Below, piece after piece: positions 32,994-42,514 of a stretch of 47,499 bases of DNA; the stretch's first letter is position 1; the number at the start of each line of letters is the position of its first letter. The notes under the pieces are model-generated. The model was not told where the DNA came from. It was given only the letters and a program-made list of their open reading frames with translations, and did no database searches. Source of the stretch: Gemmatimonadales bacterium. Its GTDB lineage: Bacteria; Gemmatimonadota; Gemmatimonadetes; Gemmatimonadales; GWC2-71-9. Both the position numbers and the translations under genes were made by a program. Where the stretch lies: positions 1 through 47,499 of the forward strand of contig JBFGLJ010000002.1 of the NCBI GenBank assembly GCA_041576235.1, written 5' to 3'.

Positions 32994-33683
32994 TCACTGC
33001 GCGATGCACGCCGCCGCCCTGGAGCAGGTCGCCCAGGGGCGCTCCCCCGCGAGGCCATCATCCTCCCAATGCCACCGGGCCAGCGCCCTATCCCGGGCGG
33101 CAGCGGCGCTGCTCTCGGCACCCCCCCTCGCTCGCACCTCGAGACCGGCGGGAAGCATCCCGATCGACGCTCGCGCTGAGAGGTACACCGAACGCCAGCG
33201 TCCCAGCCCCACGCTATCGACCCACCAGTACGCGGTGTCGCGCGCTCCGAGAGCCAGCCGCGGAAAAGCGAGTGAATCCTCGTTGATGAATCGTGCCACC
33301 ACCAGCCCGTTGGCGAGCTCCGCGCGGCTCGCCGCCGCGGCGTGCCGCATGGGCTCGATGCGGACCAGCGGCCCCGGGACCTGCGAGCCCAGAGGGCTGT
33401 CACTCACCAGGCGCTGCCCGTCCCCTGCCCCGGGATCGCCATCAAACGGAAGTGCCCGGGCGTAGCCCAGGAAGTCGTCTCGCGACGACGCATCGATGCT
33501 TCGGCCGAACGAAGGAATCGCCGGCGCGACGGCAGCGCTAGCGGTAGCGGGGGGGGGCGGAGGGGCCAGCTTGACTTCACCACCCAGCTGGCCGATGACG
33601 ACACCCCCAATGAGCGCGAGAATCAGCAGAATGGGACCTCGTTTGCTCGCGCCGCTCTGGGCCGCCTGATTGGACATTTGCAT
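32994..33683 (-). CDS. membrane-anchored hypothetical protein
   Basis: N-terminal TM anchor (PILLILALIGGVVIG) followed by a poly-Pro linker. No motif recognised. Confidence 0.5.
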   Translation of the reverse strand: MQMSNQAAQSGASKRGPILLILALIGGVVIGQLGGEVKLAPPPPPATASAAVAPAIPSFGRSIDASSRDDFLGYARALPFDGDPGAGDGQRLVSDSPLGSQVPGPLVRIEPMRHAAAASRAELANGLVVARFINEDSLAFPRLALGARDTAYWWVDSVGLGRWRSVYLSARASIGMLPAGLEVRARGGAESSAAAARDRALARWHWEDDGLAGERPWATCSRAAACIAQ

Positions 33684-33877
33684 CGTCCCGGGCGAGGTGG
33701 GGGCGGGGGGGAATGAGGAGGATTCCCGTCGGGAGGTTGGATTATAGCACCCACCTGAGAAGTTTCCAGACGGCCCGGAGCCCAGGGTCTGACCCTAGGA
33801 GCTCTGGCATTGTCCCACTTTGAAACTTCTGCCGTCCTGTCATCGTTTGGGGGAAGCGGTCACCCAAGTCCATAACG

Positions 33878-35035
33878 ATGGCTCTGTTGGGGGAACACCG
33901 TATGGGTCAAGTGCAACGTGGGCTCGCCGTTCTGATTCTCGCCTCCGCCGGCCTCGTCGGCTGCCGCGACGCAAGCGCCAATGGGGGCGCCGGGGGTGGA
34001 GAAGGGCGACCCTACAAGATTGGCGTGGTCGACCGGGGGAGTGTGCGGGTGGTCGTGGAAGAGACCGGTGTGGTCGAGCCCGAGCGCCAAATCATCGTCA
34101 AGTCGCCCATCTCAGGCGTTGTCCAGCAGCTCCTGGTCCGGGAAGGCGATCGGGTTGGGCGCGGGAAACTCCTGGCCCGCATCGTCCCCGATATCGCGCA
34201 GGCCAACACGTTCGCGCGCATTCGCAGCGAGATCGCCTCGGCGCGCATCGCCCAGGAGAACGCCGAGCGCGAGTACCAACGGGCCCTCCAGTTGAGTGAG
34301 ACCGGGGGGATCGCGCAGGCCGACTTGGATCAGCGCCGGGTGGATCTCGACCAGGCACGGAATCAGTTCCAGGCGGCCCTCGACCAGCTCAAGCTCATTG
34401 AAATGAGCGGGGTGACCACCGCAGAGACGACGCAGTGGGCCCGCATCGTCGCCCCCGCGGCGGGAGTCGTCATTCGGCGGGGTGTGGAAGTAGGTGAGAC
34501 GGTTGTTGGGGGAACCAGTGCCTTCGGCGGAGGCACGGAGCTCTTCACGATTGCCGACCTATCGACCCTGCTCGTCAAGGCCGCGGTGAACGAGGTCGAC
34601 ATCGGAAAGGTGCGCGTGGGCGACAGCGTCTCGCTCAGCGTCGATGCCTTTCCGGAGGATACGGTCAGCGGCACGGTCAGGCTGGTCCCGCCCGCGGCGC
34701 GGCAGCAGGAACGGGTCCGCGTATTCGACGTGGAGATCGAAGCGCACGACGGTGGCGGCGTCTTGCGCCCCGGGATGACGGCCAACGTGGCGATCGCGGG
34801 TCCCAGCCGGGTCGACGTGACCCGGGCGCCGGTGGAAGCGGTCTTCTTGAGCGAGGGCGCCCCGGTGGTGTACCGTGTCTCCGGCGACCAGCACGAGCAG
34901 ACGGCGGTCAGGCTCGGGTTGAGTGATTTGTCGTTCGTCGAGATTCTGTCGGGCGTGGCCGAAGGGGACACCGTCGCCCTCGAAGATCCCGCAGCCGCCA
35001 TCGAACGCGCGAACAACCCGGCTCGCCGGCGGTAA
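33878..35035 (+). CDS. efflux periplasmic adaptor (HlyD/MacA-type membrane fusion protein)
   Basis: Lipobox LASAGLVGC, barrel-sandwich, coiled-coil and beta-barrel order (IVKSPISGVV...; ARIVAPAAGVV). Confidence 0.85.
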   Translation: MALLGEHRMGQVQRGLAVLILASAGLVGCRDASANGGAGGGEGRPYKIGVVDRGSVRVVVEETGVVEPERQIIVKSPISGVVQQLLVREGDRVGRGKLLARIVPDIAQANTFARIRSEIASARIAQENAEREYQRALQLSETGGIAQADLDQRRVDLDQARNQFQAALDQLKLIEMSGVTTAETTQWARIVAPAAGVVIRRGVEVGETVVGGTSAFGGGTELFTIADLSTLLVKAAVNEVDIGKVRVGDSVSLSVDAFPEDTVSGTVRLVPPAARQQERVRVFDVEIEAHDGGGVLRPGMTANVAIAGPSRVDVTRAPVEAVFLSEGAPVVYRVSGDQHEQTAVRLGLSDLSFVEILSGVAEGDTVALEDPAAAIERANNPARRR

Positions 35036-35706
35036 TGCCTTCGCTCATCGAGGCGCGCGATATCACCAAGGTATACCGCCTCGGCCGCGTGGATGTGCCG
35101 GCCTTGCGCGGTGTCGACCTCGACGTCGCAGCCGGCGAATTCATCGCCATCATGGGGCCCTCGGGGTCGGGGAAGAGCACCCTCATGCACATTCTCGGGT
35201 GCCTGGACTCCGCCACGTCGGGAACCTATGTGCTCGACGGCGAGGACGTCGGCGGCTTGGCCGGCAAGCGCCTCGCCCACGTGCGCAATCGCAAGGTCGG
35301 TTTCGTCTTTCAGACCTTCAATCTCATGCCGCGGCTCAACGTCGAAGAGAACGTGGCTCTCCCGCTCAAGTACCGGGGTTCGCTCGGCAAGCGCGAGCGA
35401 CGCGCCCGCGCGCTGGCCGTGCTCGCGCAACTCGGTCTCGATGATCGCGTGGGACACCGTCCCGATGAGCTCTCCGGCGGCCAGCGGCAACGGGTCGCCA
35501 TCGCCCGCGCGCTCGTGGGGGAACCCACCATCCTCATGGCGGACGAGCCGACCGGCAACCTCGATTCCCATGCTGGCGCGGAGGTGCTTCGGACGTTCGA
35601 GGAGTTGCACGCCGCGGGGCACACCATCGTCTTGGTGACCCACGATTCGAGCATTGCGTCTCGCGCGGAGCGGATCGTCGAAATCAGTGACGGGAGAATC
35701 GCGTGA
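35035..35706 (+). CDS. ABC transporter ATP-binding protein (MacB/LolD-type)
   Basis: Walker A GPSGSGKST, signature LSGGQRQR, Walker B ILMADEPT, H-loop VTHD. Confidence 0.95.
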   Translation: MPSLIEARDITKVYRLGRVDVPALRGVDLDVAAGEFIAIMGPSGSGKSTLMHILGCLDSATSGTYVLDGEDVGGLAGKRLAHVRNRKVGFVFQTFNLMPRLNVEENVALPLKYRGSLGKRERRARALAVLAQLGLDDRVGHRPDELSGGQRQRVAIARALVGEPTILMADEPTGNLDSHAGAEVLRTFEELHAAGHTIVLVTHDSSIASRAERIVEISDGRIA

Positions 35707-36926
35707 ATTGGCTGGAATCGATGCTCACTGGTCTCGGCGAGGCCCGGCGGCACTGGGGTCAGACCCTCCTCTCCCTCTTGGGGCTGGTGCTCGGGACCGG
35801 CAGTATCGTCACCGTGCTCGCGTTGTTCGGCGGGCAGGCCGCCTTGACCCAGCAGTTCCTCGAAGAAGTCGGCGGCGTGGGCACCATGATCGTCTACGAC
35901 CGCGAAGACGCCCTGCGCCCCTCCGCCCGGGAGTTGGCCTCCGACCGACTGACCTACGATGACGCCGCGTTCCTCAAGGCCCGGGCCACCACCCTCGCCG
36001 CCGTGAGCCCCGGCTGGTCGGAACAGCTCACCTACCGGGCTGGGGCCACGGCGTTTGTCGGCCAGGTCATCGGCACGGTGCCGGACTATGCGGTCATCAA
36101 CGACATCCGTCCCATGATTGGGAGATACCTCAGCGATCTCGACGTCCGGAACCAAGCCCGCGTGACCGTGCTGGGCTGGAAGTTCGCGGACTCGTTATAT
36201 GGCGAGCCGGAGCGCGCGCTCGGCCAGGTCGTGAATCTCGGCGGGAAGCAGTTCACGGTTGTCGGGGTCCTCGTACGAGAGGAGTTCTATTTCGCCTCGT
36301 GGGAAGACAATGCGCTCGAGTACCGGAATGAGCGGACCTACATCCCCATCACGACCGCCATCACCCAGTTCAGCGGCGTGGATCGATTGTCGTTCCTGAC
36401 GCTCAAGGCGACGCGCCACGGCCGCGCGACCGCCGAATCAGAAGTCCGGAGCCTCCTCTATGCACGGCACGGCGTCGAAGACTTCGACGTGCGACCCTCC
36501 GGCGGAAACGCCGGAGGCGAGAGCGGCAACTTCTTGAAATTGTTCAACTACATCTTCCTCGTGGTCGGGATCGTGTCGCTGTTCGCCGGCGGCATTGTGA
36601 TCGCCAACATCCTCCTCGCCTCGGTGGTCGAACGCGTTCGCGAGTTCGGGACCCGCATGGCCCTGGGGGCCACCGCCGGCGGCATCTTCGCCCACGTCCT
36701 CGCCGAAGTCATGGTCATCACGCTCATCGGGGCCGTCTTGGGCCTGGGCCTCGGCCAGGCCCTTACGGGGACCGTCGCCCACTTCATGCGCATGCCCGCC
36801 GTCGTGAGCCCCCTCATCGCCGCCGTGTCCGTCTCGACGGCCCTAGCCGTCGGCTTGGCCGCCGGCTTGTATCCGGCGTTGCGGGCCGCTCGGCTTTCGC
36901 CCGTTGAAGCCCTCCGGTATGGCTAG
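35703..36926 (+). CDS. ABC transporter permease (FtsX/MacB-type with periplasmic domain)
   Basis: N-terminal TM, large periplasmic domain, and a C-terminal FtsX 3-TM block with REFGTRMALGA motif. GTGA overlap with the ATPase gene. Confidence 0.85.
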   Translation: MNWLESMLTGLGEARRHWGQTLLSLLGLVLGTGSIVTVLALFGGQAALTQQFLEEVGGVGTMIVYDREDALRPSARELASDRLTYDDAAFLKARATTLAAVSPGWSEQLTYRAGATAFVGQVIGTVPDYAVINDIRPMIGRYLSDLDVRNQARVTVLGWKFADSLYGEPERALGQVVNLGGKQFTVVGVLVREEFYFASWEDNALEYRNERTYIPITTAITQFSGVDRLSFLTLKATRHGRATAESEVRSLLYARHGVEDFDVRPSGGNAGGESGNFLKLFNYIFLVVGIVSLFAGGIVIANILLASVVERVREFGTRMALGATAGGIFAHVLAEVMVITLIGAVLGLGLGQALTGTVAHFMRMPAVVSPLIAAVSVSTALAVGLAAGLYPALRAARLSPVEALRYG

Positions 36927-38193
36927 CCCTCCGATTCTGAGAGCGGTGCTCGAGGCCACGGATCTCGTTGGCGATGCGGTCCGTGAGATCCGAGCCCATC
37001 CGCTCCGTTCGCTACTCACCCTGTCGGGCATCGTCTTCGGAGCGGCCTCCCTCGTGTCCATGACGTCACTGGCGTCCGCGATGCGGGTGATGGCGTACGA
37101 CGATCTCGAGGCCATGGGCTTCCCCAGGAGCTTCGCGGCGATCGACCGGGGGCCGCCTTCGGATGCAAGCCGGGCGCACGCCCTGCAGCATCCGGGGCTT
37201 CGGCTCTCCGATCTCGACGCCTTGGCGGCATTGCCGGGCGTCGAATCGGTGCACGGCCGCAATTTCGGCGATGCGTACGTCGTGAACGCCCCGGCCGGGC
37301 AACGGCACGTGCGCATCGATGGCGTCGATGCCGGGTACCTCGAGATGCGGAGTTATCGGATCGTGGCGGGACGCAGCCTCCGAGCCCTGGACATTCTCAA
37401 TCGCGCTCGCGTCGCCGTCGTGGGGTCGGAATTGGTGCCCGCACTCTTCGGCGGCGTCGATCCGGTAGGGCGAAGGATTACCGTCGACGGCGTGCGCTTT
37501 CGGGTCATCGGCGTCATGGCTCCGATCGTGTTCGACCTGGTGCCGGCCGATTTCAGCTTCACCGCCCGGCGCATCTACATCCCATACACGTACCTCACAC
37601 AGTACTACCAGGGACAATCGCGGCTCGACTTGGCGTTGGTCACGGCCCGCTCCACGGGCGACGTCCCCGAGGTGCTGCGACGGGGCAGTGAGCTGCTGCG
37701 CCGCCGGCATCGCGGGACCGAAGACTTCACTATCGACAACGAGGCGGCCGATGTCCTGAGCGACCTGGCCATGGCCGACGGGATTCTCAACGGATGGAAG
37801 GGTGTCATGTACGCGATCGCCGCCGTGACGCTCGTGGTCGGCGGGATCGGCCTGTTCAGCGTGTTGCTGATCAGCGTTCGGGAGCGGGTCCGGGAGATCG
37901 GGATCCGCAAGGCGCTCGGGGCAGACGATGGCTCCATTCTGCGCCTCTTTTTGGCCGAGTCCCTGACCTTGGCTGCGCTCGGGGCGCTGCTGGGCGCCGG
38001 CGGTGGAGCGGGGCTCATCCTCATCACTGAGCGCATCGCGGCCGCCTTCGGTAGACCCTTCGCCATCCCCATCCACCTGCCGGGCGTCTTCATCGCGGTG
38101 GGCTTCGCCATTGTCGTGGGGCTCCTGTTCGGCTGGTACCCCGCGCGCCGGGCCGCCAAGCTCGATCCTATCGCCGCCATCTCCGGTCTCTAG
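36919..38193 (+). CDS. second FtsX/MacB-type ABC permease
   Basis: Same architecture; REIGIRKALGA motif. ATG 36919 overlaps the upstream gene by 8 nt. Confidence 0.85.
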   Translation: MASPPILRAVLEATDLVGDAVREIRAHPLRSLLTLSGIVFGAASLVSMTSLASAMRVMAYDDLEAMGFPRSFAAIDRGPPSDASRAHALQHPGLRLSDLDALAALPGVESVHGRNFGDAYVVNAPAGQRHVRIDGVDAGYLEMRSYRIVAGRSLRALDILNRARVAVVGSELVPALFGGVDPVGRRITVDGVRFRVIGVMAPIVFDLVPADFSFTARRIYIPYTYLTQYYQGQSRLDLALVTARSTGDVPEVLRRGSELLRRRHRGTEDFTIDNEAADVLSDLAMADGILNGWKGVMYAIAAVTLVVGGIGLFSVLLISVRERVREIGIRKALGADDGSILRLFLAESLTLAALGALLGAGGGAGLILITERIAAAFGRPFAIPIHLPGVFIAVGFAIVVGLLFGWYPARRAAKLDPIAAISGL

Positions 38194-38328
38194 CCACACG
38201 CCGCCACGCGTTGTCCAAGATCTCGACACCCTCAAAACCGAGATAGTGCCTTTCGGTGCAATCGGTAATATCTTCCCTACCCTCAGCCCGTCGCCGAGCC
38301 TTCTACAAACACGCAACGGAGTGCACAC

Positions 38329-39696
38329 ATGAGGAGAGTCTTACTGGGCGCCGCGCTCGGGGCCGCGGCCTGGTTGGTCCCCCAGACCCTATTCGCTCAA
38401 CGGGGCGGCACGGTTGAACTGGGGGCCCTTGGGCAATACACCATCTTCGACCAATCCCTCGAATTCGATGACGCAATTCTGGGAGGCGGGCGGATCGGTG
38501 TGTTCCTCAACCGGTCGATCTCCCTCGAGGCGCAAGGCGCCTACGGTCAGACGGACAGGGTTCGGACCGGGCAACGGGCGTCCTTCTTTCCCATCCACGG
38601 CATGCTGCTGTTCCACGTCCCAATCGGAGAGCGGGCTGCGTTCGTCGTCGGTCCGGGCTACGTGCATCACGAGTTCGGCAAGGACTTCAACGGGTCCGAG
38701 GACGGGGTCAGCGGATTGGCCGGCTTCCGGATTGGGTTGAGCCGTTTGCTCGCCCTGCGTGTGGAAGGACTGATCGACTACGTGCCGACACCGGCGAATC
38801 CGGTAGACGATAGCTGGACCTACGGTGCGCAGGCGGGTCTCTCGGTGCTACTCGGCACCGGAGGACCGAAGGACCGTGATCGCGATGGCGTCGTCGATCG
38901 TCTCGACCGCTGCCCGAACACGCCGATGGGTGAACTCGTCGATGCTACCGGGTGCGCCATTCCCAAGGACCGGGATGGAGACGGGGTGCTCGATACCGCC
39001 GACCGCTGCCCGAATACACCGACCGGCATGCGGGTCGATGCCAATGGATGTCCGATCGACGCGGATGGTGACGGTGTCCCGGATCGGCTGGACCGCTGTC
39101 CGGATACCGAGGCCGGCATCACCGTGGACAGCCAAGGGTGCCCGGCGGCCACCGACACCGACGGTGACGGCGTCGTCGACGCGACGGACCGCTGCCCCAA
39201 CACGCCGCGCGGCGCCAACGTCGATACCGACGGATGCGTCATCCCACAGGACAGCGATGGCGACGGCGTGGATGACAGCATCGATCGGTGCCCCAGAACT
39301 GCCTCCGACGTCCAGGTGGATGCGGTGGGGTGCCCGATCCTGTTCCGTGAACAGCAAACCACGCTGGTGCTCGAAGGGGTCCGCTTCCAGACCGGGCGGT
39401 CCGCGCTGACGCAACCGGCGCGTGCCATTCTCTTGACGGTGGCACAATCGCTGATCGGCAATCCGACCATTCAGGTCGAGGTCGCCGGCCACACCGACGC
39501 GACCGGCTCGCGCGACACCAACATGCGGTTGTCGCAGGCCCGCGCCGATGCGGTCCGAGACTTCCTCATCAGGAACGGTGTCGATGCGGAACGACTCGTG
39601 GCTCGCGGCTATGGGCCGGATCAGCCGATCGCCGATAATGGAACGGTCGTCGGCCGCGCCGAGAACCGGCGGGTTGAGCTCCGGCGTCTGAATTAA
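38329..39696 (+). CDS. OmpA-family outer-membrane protein with thrombospondin type-3 (TSP3) repeats
   Basis: Signal peptide, N-terminal beta-barrel-like region, 5 TSP3-like repeats, and a C-terminal OmpA domain (GHTDATGSRDTNMRLSQARADAV...NRRVEL). Confidence 0.88.
   Translation: MRRVLLGAALGAAAWLVPQTLFAQRGGTVELGALGQYTIFDQSLEFDDAILGGGRIGVFLNRSISLEAQGAYGQTDRVRTGQRASFFPIHGMLLFHVPIGERAAFVVGPGYVHHEFGKDFNGSEDGVSGLAGFRIGLSRLLALRVEGLIDYVPTPANPVDDSWTYGAQAGLSVLLGTGGPKDRDRDGVVDRLDRCPNTPMGELVDATGCAIPKDRDGDGVLDTADRCPNTPTGMRVDANGCPIDADGDGVPDRLDRCPDTEAGITVDSQGCPAATDTDGDGVVDATDRCPNTPRGANVDTDGCVIPQDSDGDGVDDSIDRCPRTASDVQVDAVGCPILFREQQTTLVLEGVRFQTGRSALTQPARAILLTVAQSLIGNPTIQVEVAGHTDATGSRDTNMRLSQARADAVRDFLIRNGVDAERLVARGYGPDQPIADNGTVVGRAENRRVELRRLN
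38868..39345 (+). repeat. five in-frame ~96-bp coding repeats (D-x-D-G-D-G-V-x-D-x-x-D-R-C-P-x-T-P...G-C)
   Basis: Read from translation: DRDRDGVVDRLDRCPNTP.., DRDGDGVLDTADRCPNTP.., DADGDGVPDRLDRCPDTE.., DTDGDGVVDATDRCPNTP.., DSDGDGVDDSIDRCPRTA.. Boundaries are approximate. Confidence 0.8.
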
Positions 39697-39764
39697 CGAA
39701 CGGTGCCTGATGGAGGTGCTGGATTGCCTCCTCAGCCGACATATCAGGTGGGCGGCGCTTCTTC

Positions 39765-39790
39765 CTCGGCGGGGTGGTTTTCCCGCCGAG
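39765..39790 (+). terminator. hairpin CTCGGCGGG-(8 nt)-CCCGCCGAG downstream of the OmpA-family gene
   Basis: Perfect 9-bp GC-rich stem about 70 nt after the stop. No clear U-tract. Confidence 0.4.
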
Positions 39791-39959
39791 TGAGGGACGC
39801 CGCCCTCTGGTGTCGGGGCCGGTCATGGCTCCGGCGGGCGCCGGTGTTGCTCTACGCGGCCTACGCCGGCCTCCGCCACCTGACCGATCCGTGGCACTGG
39901 GCTGGTATATTCTCTTAGCCGTGCAGCTCGCCCCGACAACTCACGCCCAGTGAGTCCTG

Positions 39960-41450
39960 ATGGCCTTCGCGAGCAACACCGAAAACCTGCGCAGGCATCT
40001 CACCGCGTTGAAGGCGGCGGCCCGCTTGTTACGCCGCCAGCCGGACGAGGCGGCGGGATCCGCTCGGCGCATCGCGCAGGTGCTGGCCCGGCAGGAGGGT
40101 GACCATCCGGACATCGCAGCGATGGCGGCACGGCTCGAGGGAGTCCAGGGAGACGACCTCGCGGACGACCTCAAGGCGTTGATCGCCATGCTCGATGAGG
40201 CGATTGTCCGGGAATCCGCGCCGGGCGGGGTGGTGCTCCTGGTGGAGGACGACCCCGAGCTCGTCAAACTCTTCACCCATGCGCTCGGGAAGGCAGGCTG
40301 GGAGGTCGCGTCCGCCGCCACCGCCGCAGAGGCGCGCTCAGTGGTCGAACGCCGGGACGTCTCCGCCATCGTGCTCGATCTCATGCTCCCCGATACCGAT
40401 GGCCGAAACCTCCTGCTCCAGCTCAAGGAACAGCCTCAGTCGGCAGCCATTCCAGTGCTCGTCGCGTCCGCCCATGCCGACCCGCATGTCAAGGCCGAGT
40501 GCCTGGCCTTGGGCGCGACCGACTTCCTCAAGAAGCCACTCAAGCCGCGTAAACTCCTCGACCTACTTGCCCGTCGGGCACGACCCTCATCTCCCGCTGA
40601 CCCCAGCGACCCGGCGGTGGCGGTTCGTTTGGCGGATCGGGTCGCCTTGAGCGCGGCCTTTCGAGCGACGGGCGGCGGGAATCGGGCACTGGCCTTGGTC
40701 GGGCCGGCGCAGCCCGATGCCGGCCCTGGCTCGGGACGCACACCCCTCGAGGACATCGTGATCGGGGTTGGGGCCGGGCTCACGGCGGCCGTCGGCGACG
40801 ACGGTCTCGTGGCCCGCCACGGAGAGGATGAACTCGCGGTGCTGTTTCGTGGGGGTGACCGTGAGCCGTTCAGGATTCTGGAACAGGCGCGGCAGGACCT
40901 GCGCGCCCGCCAGGGGCAACAACTCGACTTTGTGGCCGGGTTGGTCTCCCTGACCGAGGAGATGTCCCTCGAGGAGGCCACGGATGACGCCGGCCGGCTG
41001 CTCTACAGCGCCCTCGGTTCGCCTGGGGGCCGGGTGCTCTGCGATCTCGACGAGGTGGTATCACCAAACGTGCGGGTGCTCCTGGCCGAAGACGACCCGC
41101 TCACGGCCAAACTCCTCATCTATCGGCTCACCCGCGAGCCGGCCTATCAAGTGACCCATTGCATTGACGGGGCGGAGGCCCTGGCGGCCGTCCGGGAAGA
41201 ACAGTACGACATCGCCCTTCTCGACATCAACATGCCCGGCCTGGATGGGTTCGACCTCCTAGCACGCATGCGCGCGATGCCCCGCTACCGGCGCACACCC
41301 ATCGCCATCTTGACCGCACTGGGCGGGGAACAGACCGTGATCCGCGGCCTGGAGCTGGGCGCCAACGACTACATCATCAAACCCTTCTCTCCATCGGAAG
41401 TCATCGCCCGCATGCGCCGCCTCCTGGGGCGCTCGGTGCGGGGCCGCTGA
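39960..41450 (+). CDS. multi-domain response regulator: helical N-terminus, REC, degenerate GGDEF-like domain, REC
   Basis: REC1 VLLVEDD..VLDLMLPDTDG..KKPL. The central domain has HGEDEL in place of GG(D/E)EF. REC2 VLLAEDD..LLDINMPGLDG..IIKPF. Confidence 0.82.
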   Translation: MAFASNTENLRRHLTALKAAARLLRRQPDEAAGSARRIAQVLARQEGDHPDIAAMAARLEGVQGDDLADDLKALIAMLDEAIVRESAPGGVVLLVEDDPELVKLFTHALGKAGWEVASAATAAEARSVVERRDVSAIVLDLMLPDTDGRNLLLQLKEQPQSAAIPVLVASAHADPHVKAECLALGATDFLKKPLKPRKLLDLLARRARPSSPADPSDPAVAVRLADRVALSAAFRATGGGNRALALVGPAQPDAGPGSGRTPLEDIVIGVGAGLTAAVGDDGLVARHGEDELAVLFRGGDREPFRILEQARQDLRARQGQQLDFVAGLVSLTEEMSLEEATDDAGRLLYSALGSPGGRVLCDLDEVVSPNVRVLLAEDDPLTAKLLIYRLTREPAYQVTHCIDGAEALAAVREEQYDIALLDINMPGLDGFDLLARMRAMPRYRRTPIAILTALGGEQTVIRGLELGANDYIIKPFSPSEVIARMRRLLGRSVRGR

Positions 41451-42514
41451 TGGACGGGGTCGCGACCCTTCCTTTTGCGGATCGTGGCTTCCAGCTGGTT
41501 GCGGCTGCCACACTGCTGCTCCTACTGTGCGCCGTCGCGTTCACGTTGGTCACGGGGTGGCTGCGCACCCAAGCCATCCGCGAGCGGCGGCGGTGGGAGC
41601 GGCTCGAACGCCAGTGGGAGCCCACAACATTGGCGGTGCTGGCGGGCGATGAGAGCACCGGCAGCCTCCGCGCTCTCGTCCACGGCAGAGACGAGCGACG
41701 GTTTGTCAGTTTCCTGTTGCGATTCGCCCGCCAACTGAAGGGGCCCGAAGCCGAAGCGGTGCGCCAGCTCGCCGCACCCCACCTACACCAGATCGCAGCC
41801 GATCTCCATCATCGCAACGCCGAGCACCGCGCTCGCGCTTTGCAGACGCTGGGTGAGCTGAGCGTGGCCATGTATAGCGATCAGTTCCTCCAGGCACTGA
41901 AGGATCCATCGACCTTAGTGGCCATGAGCGCCGCGCAGGCGCTCAGTCGCGAATACGACCCGGCCTACGCCGAGCAATTGCTGGACGCGCTGGCGCGATT
42001 CGATCAGTGGAGTGTCAACTACCTTGCGGCGTTGCTCAGCACCATGGGACCCGAGTCGGCCGAGGCGCTCCGGGGCGCCCTGGGCGACACCAGTCGCCCG
42101 CCGCGGGTGCGCGCGGTGGTAGCCGCCACCCTGACCGCACTGAATGATGTCGAGTCAGTCGATGTCGCCCGCCGGGTGATCGAAGCCGAGGACCAGGTCG
42201 ATCTGGTGGTGCGGTGTCTCCGGCTAGTCGAGAAGCTCGGCGCGGATGACCAGCTTCCGGCTGTGCGGTCCCTCCTCATGTCTCCCGAGCCTGGAATCCG
42301 GGCACGGGCGCTCCGGACTCTTGCCCGGATCGGAGGGTCGGACGACGCGGATCGCATCAAGGCGGGTCTCACCGATGAATCCAATTGGGTGGTGTTGCAC
42401 GCGGTGCGCGGTCTCAGCGAACTGGGGGAGACGGAGTTGCTCGAGGACATCGCGGCCTCCGAACACGGGGCGGCGGAAGCCGCACGCGAACTCTTGTGGG
42501 AAGGGTCTGCTTGA
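41450..42514 (+). CDS. membrane-anchored HEAT-repeat protein
   Basis: N-terminal TM (FQLVAAATLLLLLCAVAFTLV) and repeated HEAT-like units (..RARALQTLGEL.., ..IRARALRTLARIG.., ..WVVLHAVRGLSELG). TGATG coupling at both ends. Confidence 0.72.
   Translation: MDGVATLPFADRGFQLVAAATLLLLLCAVAFTLVTGWLRTQAIRERRRWERLERQWEPTTLAVLAGDESTGSLRALVHGRDERRFVSFLLRFARQLKGPEAEAVRQLAAPHLHQIAADLHHRNAEHRARALQTLGELSVAMYSDQFLQALKDPSTLVAMSAAQALSREYDPAYAEQLLDALARFDQWSVNYLAALLSTMGPESAEALRGALGDTSRPPRVRAVVAATLTALNDVESVDVARRVIEAEDQVDLVVRCLRLVEKLGADDQLPAVRSLLMSPEPGIRARALRTLARIGGSDDADRIKAGLTDESNWVVLHAVRGLSELGETELLEDIAASEHGAAEAARELLWEGSA

Noticed and set aside
39703-39918. 71-aa GTG-initiated ORF downstream of the OmpA-family gene
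   Set aside because: It spans the terminator-like hairpin 39765-39790, has an implausible Gly/Ala/Arg-rich N-terminus, and has no SD sequence. At most it could be a gene fragment.
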